Counted from the stretch's first letter, positions 26,562 through 40,231 are shown. The stretch is 63,883 nucleotides of DNA from Octopus bimaculoides (GCF_001194135.2 NC_068990.1:31118476-31182358); one strand, 5' to 3'. Made by a program: numbers and translations. The notes: generated from the letters alone by a model not told the origin.

Positions 26562-27845
26562 ATGCTGAAAGACATGGGGAAAACATCATATCACTGTGAT
26601 ATCTGTGAAAGAACATTCTCTCGAAAATGTCACCTGACCTCTCACAAACGTATTCATACTGGAGAGAAGCCATATTACTGTGATATCTGTGGTAAATCAT
26701 TTGCTTCAAGTGGCAATTTAACAACTCATAAGCGGATTCATACAGGAGAGAGACCATATCAGTGTGATATCTGTGGTAAAGCATTTCCTCAAAGTGACCA
26801 TTTAACTAATCACAAACGTTTACACACTGGAGAGAAACCATATCACTGTGATATTTGTGGTAAATCATTCTCTGCAAGAAGTAGTTTAACAAATCACAGA
26901 CATATTCATACGGGAGAGAACCCATACCACTGTGATATCTGTGGTAAATCATTCTCTGCAAGTAGTAACTCAACAAAACACAAACGTATTCATACAGGAG
27001 AGAAGCCTTATCCTTGTGATATCTGTGGTAAATCATTCACTCGAAATGATCATTTAACTAAGCACAAACGCATTCATACAGGAGAGAAACCATATCATTG
27101 TGATATCTGTGGCAAATCATTCTCTCAAGGAAATTCCTTAATTCATCACAAGCGCATTCATACAGGAGAGAAACCATATCATTGTGAATTGTGTGGTAAA
27201 TCATTCTCTCATATAAATACCTTAACTTTCCACAAACGTACTCATACAGGAGAGAAACCATATGACTGTGATATCTGTGGTAAATCATTCTCACAAACAA
27301 GTAACTTGACTACGCATAAGCGTATTCATACAGGAGAAAGCCCATATCATTGTGATAACTGTGGTAAATCATTCTCTAGAAATGGTGACTTAACTAAACA
27401 CAAACGCATTCATACAGGAGTGAAGTCATATCAGTGTGATATTTGTGGCAAAGCATTCTCTCAAGGAAGTACCTTGATAACTCACAAGCGTATTCATACA
27501 GGAGAGAAGCCATATCATTGTAATATATGTGGTAAGTTATGCTCTGCAAGTAGTGATTTAACTACTCACAAGCGGATTCATACAGGAGAGAGACCGTATC
27601 ATTGTAACATATGTGGTAAATCATTCTCTAGAAGTAGTGATTTGATTAGACATAAGCGCATTCATACTGGAGACAAACCATATCACTGTGATATATGTGG
27701 AAAATCATTCTCACTGAATGGGGGCTTAACTAGACATAAATTTATTCATACAGGAGAAAAACCATATCACTGTGATATCTGTGGTACATCATTCCTTAAA
27801 AAAGGTCATTTAAATACTCATATACTTATTCATACAGAAAGCTAA
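26562..27845 (+). CDS. C2H2 zinc-finger protein ZNF-3 (427 aa; 15 fingers)
   Basis: Uninterrupted array. The first ATG is at 26562 ([10 protein letters not shown]; the track start at 26550 is TTG). AATAAA at 27912-27917. Confidence 0.95.
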   Translation: MLKDMGKTSYHCDICERTFSRKCHLTSHKRIHTGEKPYYCDICGKSFASSGNLTTHKRIHTGERPYQCDICGKAFPQSDHLTNHKRLHTGEKPYHCDICGKSFSARSSLTNHRHIHTGENPYHCDICGKSFSASSNSTKHKRIHTGEKPYPCDICGKSFTRNDHLTKHKRIHTGEKPYHCDICGKSFSQGNSLIHHKRIHTGEKPYHCELCGKSFSHINTLTFHKRTHTGEKPYDCDICGKSFSQTSNLTTHKRIHTGESPYHCDNCGKSFSRNGDLTKHKRIHTGVKSYQCDICGKAFSQGSTLITHKRIHTGEKPYHCNICGKLCSASSDLTTHKRIHTGERPYHCNICGKSFSRSSDLIRHKRIHTGDKPYHCDICGKSFSLNGGLTRHKFIHTGEKPYHCDICGTSFLKKGHLNTHILIHTES

Positions 27846-27980
27846 TTTACTAAAGTCAAACTTTAACTACCTTTATGTAGCTGTCATTCATTCATATGCA
27901 ATTTTATTAATAATAAAAGCCTACATTTATGACATTTTGTTATAATTACTGTAGGGGTACTATTTCATTATGCAACCAAA

Positions 27981-28279
27981 AAAGACATTCGAGCGAGATT
28001 ATTGCCAGTGCCGCTGGACTGGCTCTTCTGCAGGTGGCACGTAAAATACACCATTTTGAGCGTGGCTGTTGCCAGTACCGCCTGACTGGCCTTCATGCCG
28101 GTGGCACGTAAAAGCACCCACTACACTCAAAGTGGTTGGCTTTAGGAAGGGCATCCAGCTGTAGAAACTCTGCCAAATCAGATTGGAGCCTGGTGTAGCC
28201 ATCTGGTTCACCAGTCCTCAATCAAATCGTCCAACCCATGCTAGCATGGAAAGCAGACGTTAAACGATGATGATGATGA
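27981..28279 (+). mobile_element. Family E retroposon with 5' subrepeats
   Basis: Two GGTGGCACGTAAA units followed by the GGAAGGGCATCCAGCTG tail and (GAT)n. Confidence 0.88.
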
Positions 28280-28356
28280 GAGTATGTGTTCTACTGTATT
28301 AGCAGTGCTATTAAACCACTTGTTAAGTTTATCTTTACAGATTTTCTATAATCAGT

Positions 28357-28715
28357 TGTGGAGGTGCAATGGCCCAGTGGTAGGGCAGCAAACTTGAGGT
28401 TTCAATTCCCAGGCCGTGTATGTGGGTGTTTATTGAGTGAAAACACCTAAAGCTCCACGAGGCTCCGGCAGTGGGTGATTGCGAACCCTGCTGTACTCTC
28501 TCTCTACAACTTTGTCTCACGCTTTCTTCTTGTTTCTGTTGTACCTGTATTTCGAAGAGCCAGCCTTGTTACACTGAGTCTCCTTGAGAACTACGTTAAG
28601 AGTACACATTTTCTGTGGAGTGCTCAGCCACTTGCACGTTAATTTCGTGAGCAGGCTGTTCCGTTGATTGGATCAACTGGAACCCTCGTCATTGTAACCG
28701 ACGGAGTGCCACACC
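28357..28715 (+). mobile_element. SINE family D with 12-bp TSD
   Basis: Homologous to 22474-22846. TCTATAATCAGT occurs at 28345-28356 and 28716-28727. Confidence 0.9.
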
Positions 28716-29099
28716 TCTATAATCAGTGCTGGCTACAATTTCTATAGAAAATCAATAGAGATAACTTTAACATGTGATTTTGTTATTTATGATATCTATA
28801 ATAAATAATACGGCTTCAAGTAAGCTGTAAATAAAGCATATTTTAGGTGAGGGGCTAGTCAATTACATTAACCCTAGTATTCAACTGGTACTTATTTAAT
28901 CAATTCTGAAAAGATGAAAGGCAGTTGACCTTGACAGAACAGCTGAGGTTAAATAATACAACATATTGAAGTTAATCAAATAGTGAATGTGGAATTTAGG
29001 TATATTCTGATTTCAAATCTCATTTACATTTCACTTTTCTGGGGTCAGTGAAATAAGAAAAAATCAAGTACTTGTGTTGATTTAATATTAAACTAATTA

Positions 29100-31210
29100 T
29101 TACAAAATGATAAAATAAACACAGAGGGAAGCTCTACTAGATTCCTCATGGGCAAAGAACATAGATTCAAATTCTTTTAGGTAGGCAGCAGTGACACAGT
29201 GGGTGGTATAGGCATACTTTTGCAGAAAAATGGGTTGATAAAATAATTGAGGTTGAGTGTGTGATTAGGTAGTTAAACTGAAGTTAGTCCTAAGTAAATC
29301 AACAATTAAAAGTTATCTCTGCCTATGCTTCACACTCTGGGATGGCTGATGATCAGAAGGACCAATATATTAGTGGTTGTTTTGCAGACTTAACCTTGAT
29401 AATGTATGACTGATTTATTGTGGCTAGTGACTCCAATTTGTTGGGCAGCAATCCAATGGATTTTATGGTGTGTATGGAAATTATAGCTTTGGCTTCAGAA
29501 ATGATGAGTGGTGGGGGGCAAGGCTAATTGTGTTCTGTGATGTAACTGATTTGATGCTCTGCAACAGTGACTAGGAAACCAGCTAGTCTCCTGATCACCT
29601 GCAAATCTGGAAGGCACACTAGCTAGATTGACTACATTCTCACCAGAAAACAGAATAAACATGCTTGTAAACACAAAGCCTTTCCCAGGCAAAGAATGTA
29701 CTACCCAACATAGGTTAGTGGTTAGTGACTTCAGACTTAGAGTTGGGACTCAGATAAACAAGTTAATTCAGGAGAGAAGGATGTGGAAACTAAAAGCCCC
29801 AACAAACTGATAGATTTAGAGACATTCTAATTGAAGCTTTTGATAAAATGGAGGAGTTAAAGACATTGCGTAGAGGACAACTGGAAGGTCCTATGGGGCA
29901 GGGATCCGTGAACCAGGGTAAATTACCCCAAGTGGGATAAAAATGAAATTCTTGGGGGTAATATGGACTCATTAGACATACGTAAAATTATATAAAAAAA
30001 CGTGTTTCTTGTTAGGATAGAAATTTTTTTCTAGCAACACTCATTTATTTTTGGAAGATTGTGAAAATATTACTTTTGACGACAACAAGGATTTTAAAGA
30101 GTGTTTCTCTGATTACTTTCTAGATCTTGATTTATATACTGTCAGTTGGGTTCTAGATCCCTTTAAATGTGAAAGGCCTCAAGGGTTGGCAGAGACACTT
30201 GAATTTCAATCCAATAATGAAGCATGTATTGAATTTGAAAACAAACTTTTTGGATGTCAACTGCTACAAAGGCTTTCAAAATTGCATGAGGAGGCAATCA
30301 AAAAGTTGTTGCCTTTTGCAACAACCTACCTTTGTAAACAAGGATTTTCCACTATAAAAATGAAGCAGAGAAATTGGTTGGACCTTGAAGACTGTATCCA
30401 AATTGCTCTGGCATCAAAATGTCCCAATTTTGATGTAATTGTAACAAAAATGAAACATCCTCCAAAATCTGAAATGAAAAAGTTTCCAGAAAAATCCTTT
30501 TGTTTCATAATGTGGATATTAATTTATTATTTCACATTTGTTTTATACTTTCCATATTTATAATTGTATTGTCCATATAAATAGATTCAATAAACCTTTT
30601 GAATTCAAAGAATCTGATTTTCTTCCTTTCAGATCATGGGGGTAACATCAGGATAAATAAATATATTTTGGGATAGTTGGTTAAAAGTTCCCTGACCCCT
30701 GCTACAAAGCAACCTACAGAGAACTACAGACCAAATGTGTGGCTGGAACAAGATCTTGGCTAGACCAAAGGTAATGTGGTGGTGGAATAGTGAGGTAGAC
30801 GGAATTGTAAAATCAAAAAGATAAATCTCGAAGGATTGGAAAAAAGGGGATGGAGAAATATATCAGGTAGCAAGAGACATTAGGAGTTATGGTTTACATA
30901 GCAAAGAGAGAGGTGGAAAGGAGATTTGATAATGTTTTACAGTGTGAAATATTCCAGATTGCGAGACAGTGTATCATAGAATACTAAGGTGTTGTGAGAA
31001 GTGTGTGCCGATGGACAATGATATGTTTTCACCTGAAAAGAAAGTGGCATGGAAGTGCTATTATGAAAGGCTGTTAAACGTAAAAAATGCCTGGGAGAAA
31101 GAGGGTCTTCCCAACATGAGCCCAACAGAGAAACCAGCTATCCTAGTTGACAGTATGGTAGATAAGGCAGTTAAGAGTTTGAAGAGTGAGAAAGGCCATG
31201 ACATGGTTAG
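29100..31210 (+). mobile_element. RTE LINE (APE endonuclease and linker region), split by a hAT insertion
   Basis: Decayed LMGKEHRFKFF, ISAYA, KPFPGKECTTQHRLVVSDF, then after the insertion degenerate TDQMCGW...WWNSEV and KKVAWKCYYERLLNV. Confidence 0.8.
29899..30701 (+). mobile_element. Internally deleted hAT (Buster/Charlie-like) transposon
   Basis: ORF 30051-30563 carries the hAT dimerization motif LLPFATTYLCKQGFST...RNWLDLED. Termini are CAGGGATCCGTGAACC and (revcomp) CAGGGGTCAGGGAACT. Confidence 0.75.
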
Positions 31211-32499
31211 TCTCAGGGTTCTCAACCAGAAACTGAAAATGGAGCCTAAATGTTTATGCTAGCTTCTTTCCTTTGTTCTGTCAAAATGCACTTGAAAATT
31301 TATGAGTCAACTGTCAAATTTAGTTCAACACGTAAGCTTATTCATTTGCTTTATTCTCCCGATCTACTTTCAGCTCTCGAACATGTACAAATTTGAACCC
31401 TCTCTGAGTATTTTTAGGCTGTTCGTTTTTTAACCTTACATGTTGCATGTCTACTTTCTTCTAGTACCTACATCTGACACAAGCATTACCTTAAAAGTTG
31501 TGTGAACCTGGTTGTTATCATTCCCTTACCACAAGAAAACAGCCGGAGACGAATTGTGATGGATAAATAAAACTTGTAAGAAGTTACTTTTTCCTCCTGT
31601 CAATTCAATTTGGTGCATATCTTATTGTCCATCGAAGTTTTCACTCCTGGTCAATCAGGAATTACTGCTGAGATGCTTAACATATTTGACGGAGTGGACT
31701 ACAGCCAAGTCACCTATACAATCTGATTATCTATCTATGCACACACATACATGTGTGTATATGTATACGGATATATGTGTGGCTATATGCACACATACAT
31801 ACAAAAAATATGTATGCATATTTATGTATGTACTTGTGTATGGAAGATAATGGGTGTACATGTGTTTGTGTGCGTGTATGAGTGATTACAAATGCATAGA
31901 GCTGAACAAGTCGCGCGATAAGTAAATTAAAAAAAAAATTTACGGAAATTAACGAACAATCATATGATCCCATGCGATCGAGTTTGTGTTTAATCGGGTT
32001 AAAACGAAAGAAACACATTCAATCTTTTTGAAAATTGTTAATGAAACAATGATTATACAGGTTCCGCGGGACTAATCATGAAACCAAAACAATGAGGAGG
32101 AAATACAAAAATAGACTTGGGTATTTGAGTAAGCGAAACGAATACGTTAACGCTTATAAGTCACTTATTGTTATTAAGTGGAAATATATTAATTTGATAT
32201 TTTCTTCGGTTAAATCTTTGCAAAGTTATTTTTATAACTTCTCAACAATGTTTCCAGTTTCATTATTATTGTTACTGTAGTGTTTGGATTATTTTGCTAG
32301 TAATCTTTCTTATTAAGATTGTCTCGGCTCACCCTATTTGCAATGCGCTTACGTGTCAGTGTAATAATTTTATTTTGTAGGCCTTCCAAAGTTACTTTAA
32401 AAACTTCGTCATTAAAGTTATAATATAAGAGCTGCTATTAGAAAAATTCTTCTTTTAATTAAAAAAAAAATATAATATTAACGAGTTTATTTAACAGGC

Positions 32500-32955
32500 T
32501 GTTCAGCAATTAAAAGAAGAAATTTATAATAAGACAATTATTGTATAATTACATATTCGTTTCGTTAGGAGCAGTCGGAGGGGGATGGAATGAAACATTT
32601 GGCATGCTTTTATTTTATTTTAGAATAATTCAAATCTTCGTTGTTGAAAACAAATCTATCCGAACTCTTTAAAAAGAAACAAAACACAGGTTCCTATTCG
32701 ATACGTTCACCTGGTTATTGTCGATACGTTCATTCACATTTTCTGACCATAAAACAACGAATACTGTGAAAATATAGTCTAAAAGTTATATGAAGCATTA
32801 TCCAGAAAGATATTGTATACAGCTGGAATCAACGTTTCTTTTTGGTTGGCAATTCGACTTCGTGTTCAGTCTGTCGAAGATACTACTGCCTGTTTGCTTA
32901 ATGTTTGTACTGGTTACGTTTTGAAATTAAAAGTTTGTGAAATTCATAAGTGAGT
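32500..32955 (+). promoter_or_regulatory. Candidate promoter and non-coding first exon of TMEM241
   Basis: CpG-retaining unique sequence ending in the donor AA|GTGAGT at 32950-32955. The TMEM241 ATG exon has its own acceptor, so an upstream exon is required. Confidence 0.45.
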
Positions 32956-33105
32956 AATGCTTAATATTTGTTTTAGAACATTTTTTTGCTGTAGTATGTG
33001 TTTTTGACTTCATCGACAATAGGTCAGTAGATTTTGTTGTATTATTGTAATCTTAACCAGTTTTTAAAAGAATATTATTTTCATCATTAAAATATACAAA
33101 TTACA

Positions 33106-33236
33106 GGCGTGGCTGTGTGATAAGTAGTTTGTTTCCCAACCAGCTGCTAAATCGGTCGACTATCTTCTACTTTAGTCCTGGACCAAACAAAGCCTTATGT
33201 ACAAATTTCATAGAACGGAAACTTAAAGAAGCCTGT

Positions 33237-33320
<84 letters not shown>

Positions 33321-33672
33321 AAATCTCTGAACGAGGTGTTAACAGTAACTGCACGATAAAGTGAAGTATATTTGCCATTTAAATGTGGCTGACCCCTAAG
33401 GGTGGATGTTACTGTTGCTTTTAGCCCCAGGAGAACATCTCCTCCAGCTGGCTTATATATATATGTGTGTGTGTGTGTCTGCTCCATCCCACCGCTTGAC
33501 AACCGGTGTTAGTTTGTTTGCGCCCCCTTAACAAAGATATTCGGCAAAAGAGACTCGGAATAAGTACCAACTCTAAAAAGTAAGGACTGGGGCGATTTGT
33601 ACGACTAAAACCCTTCAAGACGATGCCTAGTATGGGATGTATCCCAATGACTGAAACAAGTAAGAGATAAAA
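33106..33672 (+). mobile_element. SINE family B with expanded (TA)n and an internal insertion
   Basis: Head at 33106, (TA)n at ~33246-33316, unrelated ~135-bp insert at ~33318-33455, then the family B 3' half. Confidence 0.8.
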
Positions 33673-34399
33673 ATTTCATTTGAACACATTTTTGTTGCTG
33701 GATTTTGTTTAAAAAGCCAAGATCAGATTAGGTATGGTGGCATGCGACCTACAGCACAGCATGTCATTACACCCACCATGTGTCAGTATCTGCTTGGTTT
33801 GTCCTGGGCATCCTTCCAAGCAGTATCCCTGTTGATTCTCATCTCCATAAGGTACTTCCTCATTAACTGTGATCCAGCTGGATCCTCAGAGAAGAGAAAA
33901 TGTTATGCATGATCCAACGTAACAAACAGTCTAAGGTGATGCTCTCCAGTCATATAAGTAACAAGACACATCCCAGTTTCTGAGCATAGTCATTGGTTGG
34001 CTACAAAATCTGACAAATGGTCACCTATAATTCTGCAAAGTGTCCTGGTACCAAAGGAGTTCAAGCAGCTCCTAAAGGCCTTGGACAGTCACAACTGGAG
34101 AGCAAAACAGGGAAGATATCTGAGCAGGAGGACTAGGCTAATAAATTCATGTAATTTTTGTATTAAAATTTTTTCTAGCTGTCACCATATGCAGTATGCT
34201 ATTAGGTTGTGTGTGTTGACAATGACCTCACTAATATTTGTTTGCTCTGTATTTACATGTATACATTCGATAAATTGTGTAAGTGGTACAGAGCATATGA
34301 ATCATTGCATACAATGAATATTCATTGATTGAGGCCTGTGAATAGAGAAAGAAGCAAAATGACCAACTCATACAAATCCTGAAGTAGCTCTCTGATTAA

Positions 34400-34680
34400 G
34401 TTGAATTTACAAGGAGAAAAGGTGAGAGCTGAGAGACTATCATATGGGGAAGAAGCGACATGACTCATATAAACCTAGGATAACTCTCATTCCTTTTGAT
34501 AACAGAGTTGATATCAAAGAAATTGAAATCAAGATCTAGCAAGAGAGTTGAGGAGATTGTTGAAGACTAAGACAAGAATTATTCCTGTGGTTATTGAAAT
34601 TCATGTTGTCAACATGCAGAAAAGTGCCATCCTGTATTCTGTAAAAGCTCTGAGAAATATTCTGGAGATTTGAGAAATTT
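34400..34680 (+). mobile_element. R4/Dong-like LINE restriction-like endonuclease fragment
   Basis: Translates to IPFDNRVDIKEIE / QDLARELRRLLKTKTRIIPVVI, matching the REL C-terminus (KY.DL..E...LW......IPVVIG). Confidence 0.6.
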
Positions 34681-34761
34681 GTCACCAAACCTCAGGATAA
34701 CATTACTGCTAATTAAGTTAGTATGTAAAAGCTTTATAATAATACTAATGATAATGGATTC

Positions 34762-34935
34762 AAATTTTGACACAAGGTTAGCAATTTTAGGGGTCCTCAG
34801 TGCTCAACTAGTACTTATTTTATTGACTCCGAAGGACAAAATGTCAAGTTGAAATCAGAATGTAGTAAGTCGAAAGAAATGTTACTAATCCCATTCTCCA
34901 ACATGCTAACATTTCTGCCAGCTTGCCACCTTAAT
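34762..34935 (-). mobile_element. SINE family A
   Basis: CAAATTTTGACACAAGG...TACTTATTTTATTGAC...CTGCCAGCTTGCCACCTT. Confidence 0.7.
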
Positions 34936-34999
34936 AACAATAAAAATCCAAATAATGATAATAATATTTTTTATTCACTACTAAGAGTTTACAAAAAGA

Positions 35000-35363
35000 C
35001 TGAGGATGGTACATGATGATTTAATGTGCCCAGCGTCGCCTTCCTGGCACTTGTGCTGGTGGCATGTGTAAAGACATTCGAGCGAGATCGTTGCCAGTGC
35101 CGCTGGACTGGCTCCTGTGCAGGTGGCACGTAAAATACACCATTTTGAGCGTGGCCATTGCCAGTACCACCTGACTGGCCTTCGTGCTGGTGGCACGTAA
35201 AAGCACCCACTCTCGGAGTGGTTGGCGTTACGAAGGGCATCCAGCTGTAGAAACTCTTGCCAAATTAGATTGGAGCCTGGTGTAGCCATCCGGTTCACCA
35301 GTCCTCAGTCAAATCGTCCAACCCATGCTAGCATGGAAAGTGGACATTAAACGATGATGATGA
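35000..35363 (+). mobile_element. Family E retroposon with 5' subrepeats
   Basis: Three GGTGGCA(C/T)GT units, GGGCATCCAGCTG tail and (GAT)n. Confidence 0.88.
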
Positions 35364-35449
35364 CAATTCTGGGTTACATAAAAGTGTGTAAATAGTAAAA
35401 CAACAGAAAGAAACTAAAAAATCAAACAAGGAATATTTTCCCAAAAGTG

Positions 35450-36694
35450 GGGAGACTTCCAAGAGCTGCTTCATGATGACCTTACAAAGCCATGGTCACC
35501 CTGACCACAAGGGTAAGTATCTTCTCCCTGTCCTCTCTCAGTCTGCAGGAGCATATACAGAGCAAGTGCATTCACTTGGACCATCCTTGCCACTCATATT
35601 CACCTTGCAACAAATTTGTGGCATGGCAGTACTTCCCTCTCCATCCTTACTTTCCTTTTTCAGTGAAACTTGAAAATGTTAATGAAAGCTTGACCAAAGT
35701 GGAAAGTGTCTGTCTTCTGTTCTTTCAGTCTGGTCGACCACAAAATTTCTTTTGCTAAGACCACCAGACAGCTGGAAATTGCCTATCCTTCTTAGATAAA
35801 TGAAGGTAGCAGAATGATCTTTACAATGGGCTCAGTTGATAGTCCGATCTGTTTTCCTCGCAATAGCAGGTGTTCAACATAACTCCATGAATCAGCAATG
35901 CCTAAGCACCGATAAGTGTGCTGAACAGTTTTGTCACTCTGTGCTCATTCCAATCAGGTCTGGCTGGCATCACTTCTATGCCTGTGAAGTTTATCTCAGA
36001 ATGGCAATGTACTCCCACACCTCAATAGAACTACCAGACCAGAGATTTCTGGAAATTACCTCTGTCCCAAAGTCCTCTAAAATTAGTCAATTGCTTCTCA
36101 TCCACATCTAGAATCTCCCTGAGAATGTCATTGCTCTTGCCTGCAACTAACCTTCTATAGAACACCAAAGTGGAACCTCTGCAGACCACATTACCTGACT
36201 TGCTGAGAACTGTGAGCACCTGATGACACTCTGGGTGCCAGGTACCTTGCCTTGCTCTATGCTTGATCTAGGACTGCAGTTCTGTTTTAGAGACAAACTG
36301 TAGAAAAGCAAGTTTGGCAAACAGTGACCCACCTGCTCACAATCAATGAAACACTGGAGATGTAACCTCATCACATGTTTGTGCATCATCAACTAAGGGA
36401 TGTCCAGTTCTCTAACTCAGAAAGTCTTCACAACAAATGGACTACTTGGCCCTTCCACAAAAAGTAGAACAGCAGGTGCTCCAGTCTGAGAAGACATGAA
36501 CTTGGGCAAGGCATGCAAATGAGTTGGTAATAGATGACACGTGCATTTGTCACTTTTGCCTGACCTTTCAAAGATAGCTTTCTCATAGCCCATTTCTGGG
36601 TGAGATTAGCCACCCTGCTCACCATTTCATCCCAGTCCTTCTACACTTGGGGTCTGAACCAAAGTAGACCCTGTTCTTTTTTGTGTAGATCTCC
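35450..36694 (-). mobile_element. Tx1/L1-clade LINE fragment
   Basis: WAMRKLSLKGQAKV...IYYQLICMPCP...LEHLLFYFLWKG (36428-36625) matches the Tx1 post-RT region. It runs into the gap. Confidence 0.7.
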
Positions 36695-37117
36695 NNNNNN
36701 NNNNNNNNNNNNNNNNNNNNNNNNNNNNNNNNNNNNNNNNNNNNNNNNNNNNNNNNNNNNNNNNNNNNNNNNNNNNNNNNNNNNNNNNNNNNNNNNNNNN
36801 NNNNNNNNNNNNNNNNNNNNNNNNNNNNNNNNNNNNNNNNNNNNNNNNNNNNNNNNNNNNNNNNNNNNNNNNNNNNNNNNNNNNNNNNNNNNNNNNNNNN
36901 NNNNNNNNNNNNNNNNNNNNNNNNNNNNNNNNNNNNNNNNNNNNNNNNNNNNNNNNNNNNNNNNNNNNNNNNNNNNNNNNNNNNNNNNNNNNNNNNNNNN
37001 NNNNNNNNNNNNNNNNNNNNNNNNNNNNNNNNNNNNNNNNNNNNNNNNNNNNNNNNNNNNNNNNNNNNNNNNNNNNNNNNNNNNNNNNNNNNNNNNNNNN
37101 NNNNNNNNNNNNNNNNN
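36695..37117. other. Assembly gap (N run)
   Basis: Run of N. Confidence 1.
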
Positions 37118-37149
<32 letters not shown>

Positions 37150-37159
<10 letters not shown>

Positions 37160-37320
37160 ACAGGGTTCTTTCAGTTTCTGACTACCAAATCCACTCACAA
37201 GGCTTTGGTTGGCCTGAAGCTGCAGTAGAAGACACTTGCCCAAGGTGCCATGCAGTGGTAAAGAACTTAGAACCATGTGGTTGGGAAGCAATCTTCTTAC
37301 CACACAACTATGCCTGTGCC
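37150..37320 (-). mobile_element. SINE family B, 5' half
   Basis: TTCTTTCAGTTTC...CCAAATCCACTCACAAGGCTTTGG...GAAGACACTTGCCCAAGG. Confidence 0.85.
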
Positions 37321-37499
37321 ATGTACAATAATATATGCAATTATGTGTTATGTCTGTGTATATGCATAGGCATTTACTTGTGTGTATGTTTTTATATATT
37401 TGCATGTATATGTATACATATACATACAACGCACACTCACACACACACACACGCATGTGTATGAATGTTTTTGTGACTTTTATTATCATGAGCAAAGAG

Positions 37500-37905
37500 A
37501 TTAGCAAAAGAATTGGTGGGATTTGTTCCAGCTCTTTTACTTCTGAGTTCAAATCCTGCAGAAATCAACTTTGCCTTTCGTACTTTAGGGGTCAATAAAA
37601 TATATTACCAGTCACATACTGAGGTTGATGTAATCTACCACATTGCTAGCCTTGTGCATAAATTAGAAACAATTATTATTATCATTATTATTATCAAGGC
37701 GTTGAGTTGGCAAAATTGTTAACATGCTGGATGAAATGCTTGGCAGTATTTTATCTGTGATTACATTCTGAGTTCAAATACCGCCAAGGTCAACTTGGCC
37801 TTTCATCCTTTTGATATATTAAGTACCAATGAATCACTGGAATCGATGTAATTAACTAGTCCCCTCCCACAAAATTTCAGGCCTTGTGCCTATAGTAGAA
37901 AGGAT
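37500..37905 (+). mobile_element. Two family A SINE copies
   Basis: TTCTGAGTTCAAAT...AACTT(T/G)GCCTTTC occurs twice; the second copy ends GGCCTTGTGCCTATAGTAGAAAG(ATT)n. Confidence 0.75.
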
Positions 37906-40150
37906 TATTATTATTATTATTATTAAGCAGAGGAGAGGGTGGAGACTAGTGGATAGTAGATTCTGTAGATTGGTATGTAAACTGCTTTAAGTTATTTAGT
38001 TATCTTTTGTGGTCAAATCTTTCGTTTTTTCTTCTTAGTCAATAAAATAACTATCAGTCAAACACCAAGCAAAACTGTCTTGCAGTATTAATAACCTATC
38101 TAGTTCAAATCTTACTGAGTTTGACATTGCCTTTCATTTTTCTGAGTTGATTTATTATATATTTTTTTATTTTTTTTATTTAAGGGTAATTATTTTTGTT
38201 TGCAAAATCAGCAAAATTACTGCAAGAACTTTGTTAATGCAAACATGATAATTTTTGTGTTTGTTTAAAATTTTTGCAATGTCTTCTCACCTGAATCATC
38301 ATTAACATTTCAGCAAGAGAACCTTATCCATTCCACTGAGAACTTCAATGGTGATTAGTGCAAATGATAATCTGTAGAAGAAGCATACATTTTTTTCAAC
38401 TTGTGGTGTCGGAAATCCCGAGTCAAAGGAATTTTGTTGAGATGAATTGAGAAAGGTAGTATCACTTATATATGCCCTCTTTTAGTGAACAATAATAATA
38501 CAGATGAAGTACCTTCCATTGGCTTTAGACAATTTTGATAGTTGCTTGGTAATTCTGCTGACAGAAGACTCATATGTTAATGGTTGAATATAATTTTCCA
38601 TTTCTCATCTTGCTTCATAAAAACATGCCTGTTATTTTAATTATAAGTGGTTGGTGTTCTTTAGTATATGCTTATGCTTAGTCAAAAGATTAAAAACATT
38701 GCTGATGGGATCATGTTCAGCCAACTGTTAGTTTGTCTGAGAGTAACTGATGTTTAAGCAAACACTTTATAATTATTATTACTATTATTATTAAATGATA
38801 GTTGATAATAGAATTAGTAAAGTAGTTGACAAATTGCTCTACAGCTTTTACTTACACCCTTTACATTTTTGGCTCAAAACTCATTGGGCTCAACTTTGCC
38901 TTTCATCTTTTTGAGGTTGACATAACTGTTCCCTTACTCTAAATTGATTGCTTTATGGCTCTATTAGAAATCATTATTATTATTATTCAACTATGTAGTA
39001 GAAATTGTTTAGTAGAGTCATTAAAAGTTTTGGGCAAAATACCTTGTGGTATTTCTTCTAGCTCTTTGTTTTCCAAGTTCAGATCCTATCAAGGTCGACA
39101 TCGCTTACATTTCTCCAGGATTAATAACATAAAGTACCAATAAATTACTGAGGACAATGATAGACAATGATATTGACTATCTCTCTCTTCTCAATATTGC
39201 AGGCCTCGGGCCTAAATCAGAAACAATTTTATTTCACAACACTGGCCAGTGCAATTTCTGTTGCTTTCAGAGACATAGCACAAGTGTGTGTGTGTGTGTG
39301 TTAGACTGACTGGTCAGATCATATGTGTGTGTATTTTGCTGTTGTCAAAGGTATTTTACATTTAAGAAAGGGAGTGGCCCATTTGGTTATCTCACAGTGC
39401 TGCCCCCCCCCCCCCACTATGCCACTGGTAGCTTTAACATGTAGAAATATTAATAACTAGCCAAAATTTTGTTTAGGCAAAAGATTCAATATCAGTGTAA
39501 GTAGTAGTATGGAGGCATCCACCATTTGTTGGTGATTTCCTGCTTCTGGCAGATGACACCTTTGTACCATCCAGGTAGTAACTCTTCAACCCATAGGTCC
39601 GTTTGGATAGCCATTGCTATGAGCGTTTTACGAGGTCAAAGTGCAAATCAACCTCTTTTAGTCACCTTTCACAACATGCAGTGGAAACGTTGGGTCTAAT
39701 GGTTGGCATGTCAATATCCACACAGCACTAGAACAATGTGAAATGAAATGTTTTGCTGAAGAACAAAACACACTACCTTGTCTGGGAATTGAACCAACAA
39801 TTTGGCAATCCTGAGTGCAACACCTTAACCACTAGGTTAAGGAGTTGCACCCAGTATAAGGCTATTGTATATTTATACAATATCAATAACATGTTATCTA
39901 TATTTACAATATATTCCCTTGTCTATATCTAAAATCAGAACTGCTTTAAGCATGCTTACTAAACAAACTAATTAAAAACCTGTGTTGAAGAGGATTGCCA
40001 ATTATCCCTATACACAACACAAAGTCATCAAAATTTATCTTAAAAATTCATACCATATAATTTTTTCCTTGTTGATCATTATTCATTTTATTTATGCCTA
40101 AATAAAATTCTTCTTTTTTTTTCTTTTAGCTTTGTTTCAATTATACAATC

Positions 40151-40231
40151 ATGTTATTTAAGCAACTGAATGTATATCTTCAGTGCATTCTATTCTGTCT
40201 ACTTTTCATTGCAACTTGTTATGTAAACAAG
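40151..40231 (+). CDS. TMEM241: TMEM241/SLC35D4 coding exon 1 (MLFKQLNVYLQCILFCLLFIATCYVNK)
   Basis: Acceptor ttcttttag at 40129, ATG at 40151, donor gtaaga at 40232. Aligns with the human N-terminus ...CYLASYLTNK. Confidence 0.85.

Noticed and set aside
26536-27300. Antisense ORFs (MIYHRYH repeats)
   Set aside because: They are shadow frames of the zinc-finger repeat and show no independent coding signal.
36600-37552. Long ORFs of 177-303 aa
   Set aside because: They are open only because they cross the N gap.
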